From: Octopus sinensis
Taxonomy: Eukaryota
Assembly: GCF_006345805.1 (NCBI RefSeq)
Contig: NC_043001.1
Coordinates: 24,428,001-24,492,000 of the forward strand
Direction: 5' to 3'
Length of the DNA stretch: 64,000 nt
Below the pieces are notes generated by a model. It saw only the letters and a list, made by a program, of their open reading frames with translations, had not been told where the DNA came from and searched no databases. Made by a program: the position numbers and the translations under genes. Shown one piece after another: positions 63,901-64,000 of this stretch (its first letter is position 1; every line of letters starts with the position of its first letter).

Positions 63901-64000
63901 ATATAATCAATATTTTTAAGATATAAATTTGAAATGACTAATATATATAAAATATAAAATTATCAATGAAAATATATATAATCAAGAACTAAAATAACCT

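Overview
AT-rich, microsatellite- and retroelement-saturated animal genomic DNA. Its SINE and RTE families look like those of Octopus (recognised from memory, not searched). No host protein-coding gene can be called confidently, and almost all six-frame ORFs come from microsatellites or repeats. Contents: at least four tRNA-headed SINE families (dozens of copies); a near-complete 5'-truncated RTE LINE (54794-58376) plus many 3'-UTR-only copies; CR1 3' fragments; an ORF1-only zinc-knuckle (HAL1-like) element; mariner remnants; piggyBac-type MITEs; a Tigger-type MITE swollen by a 30-bp minisatellite; non-autonomous Helitrons; and a solo LTR. The most notable signal is a set of small fold-back, microsatellite-associated elements carrying minimal type I hammerhead ribozyme motifs, as in Penelope-like element termini. 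Two have canonical cores and a covarying palindromic stem III (3019-3061, 63841-63886). One has an apparent compensatory G3-C8 core swap in both arms of a 259-bp hairpin (5318-5576). Several others are degenerate or half motifs. Folds and most repeat boundaries were read by eye, so repeat coordinates are approximate.
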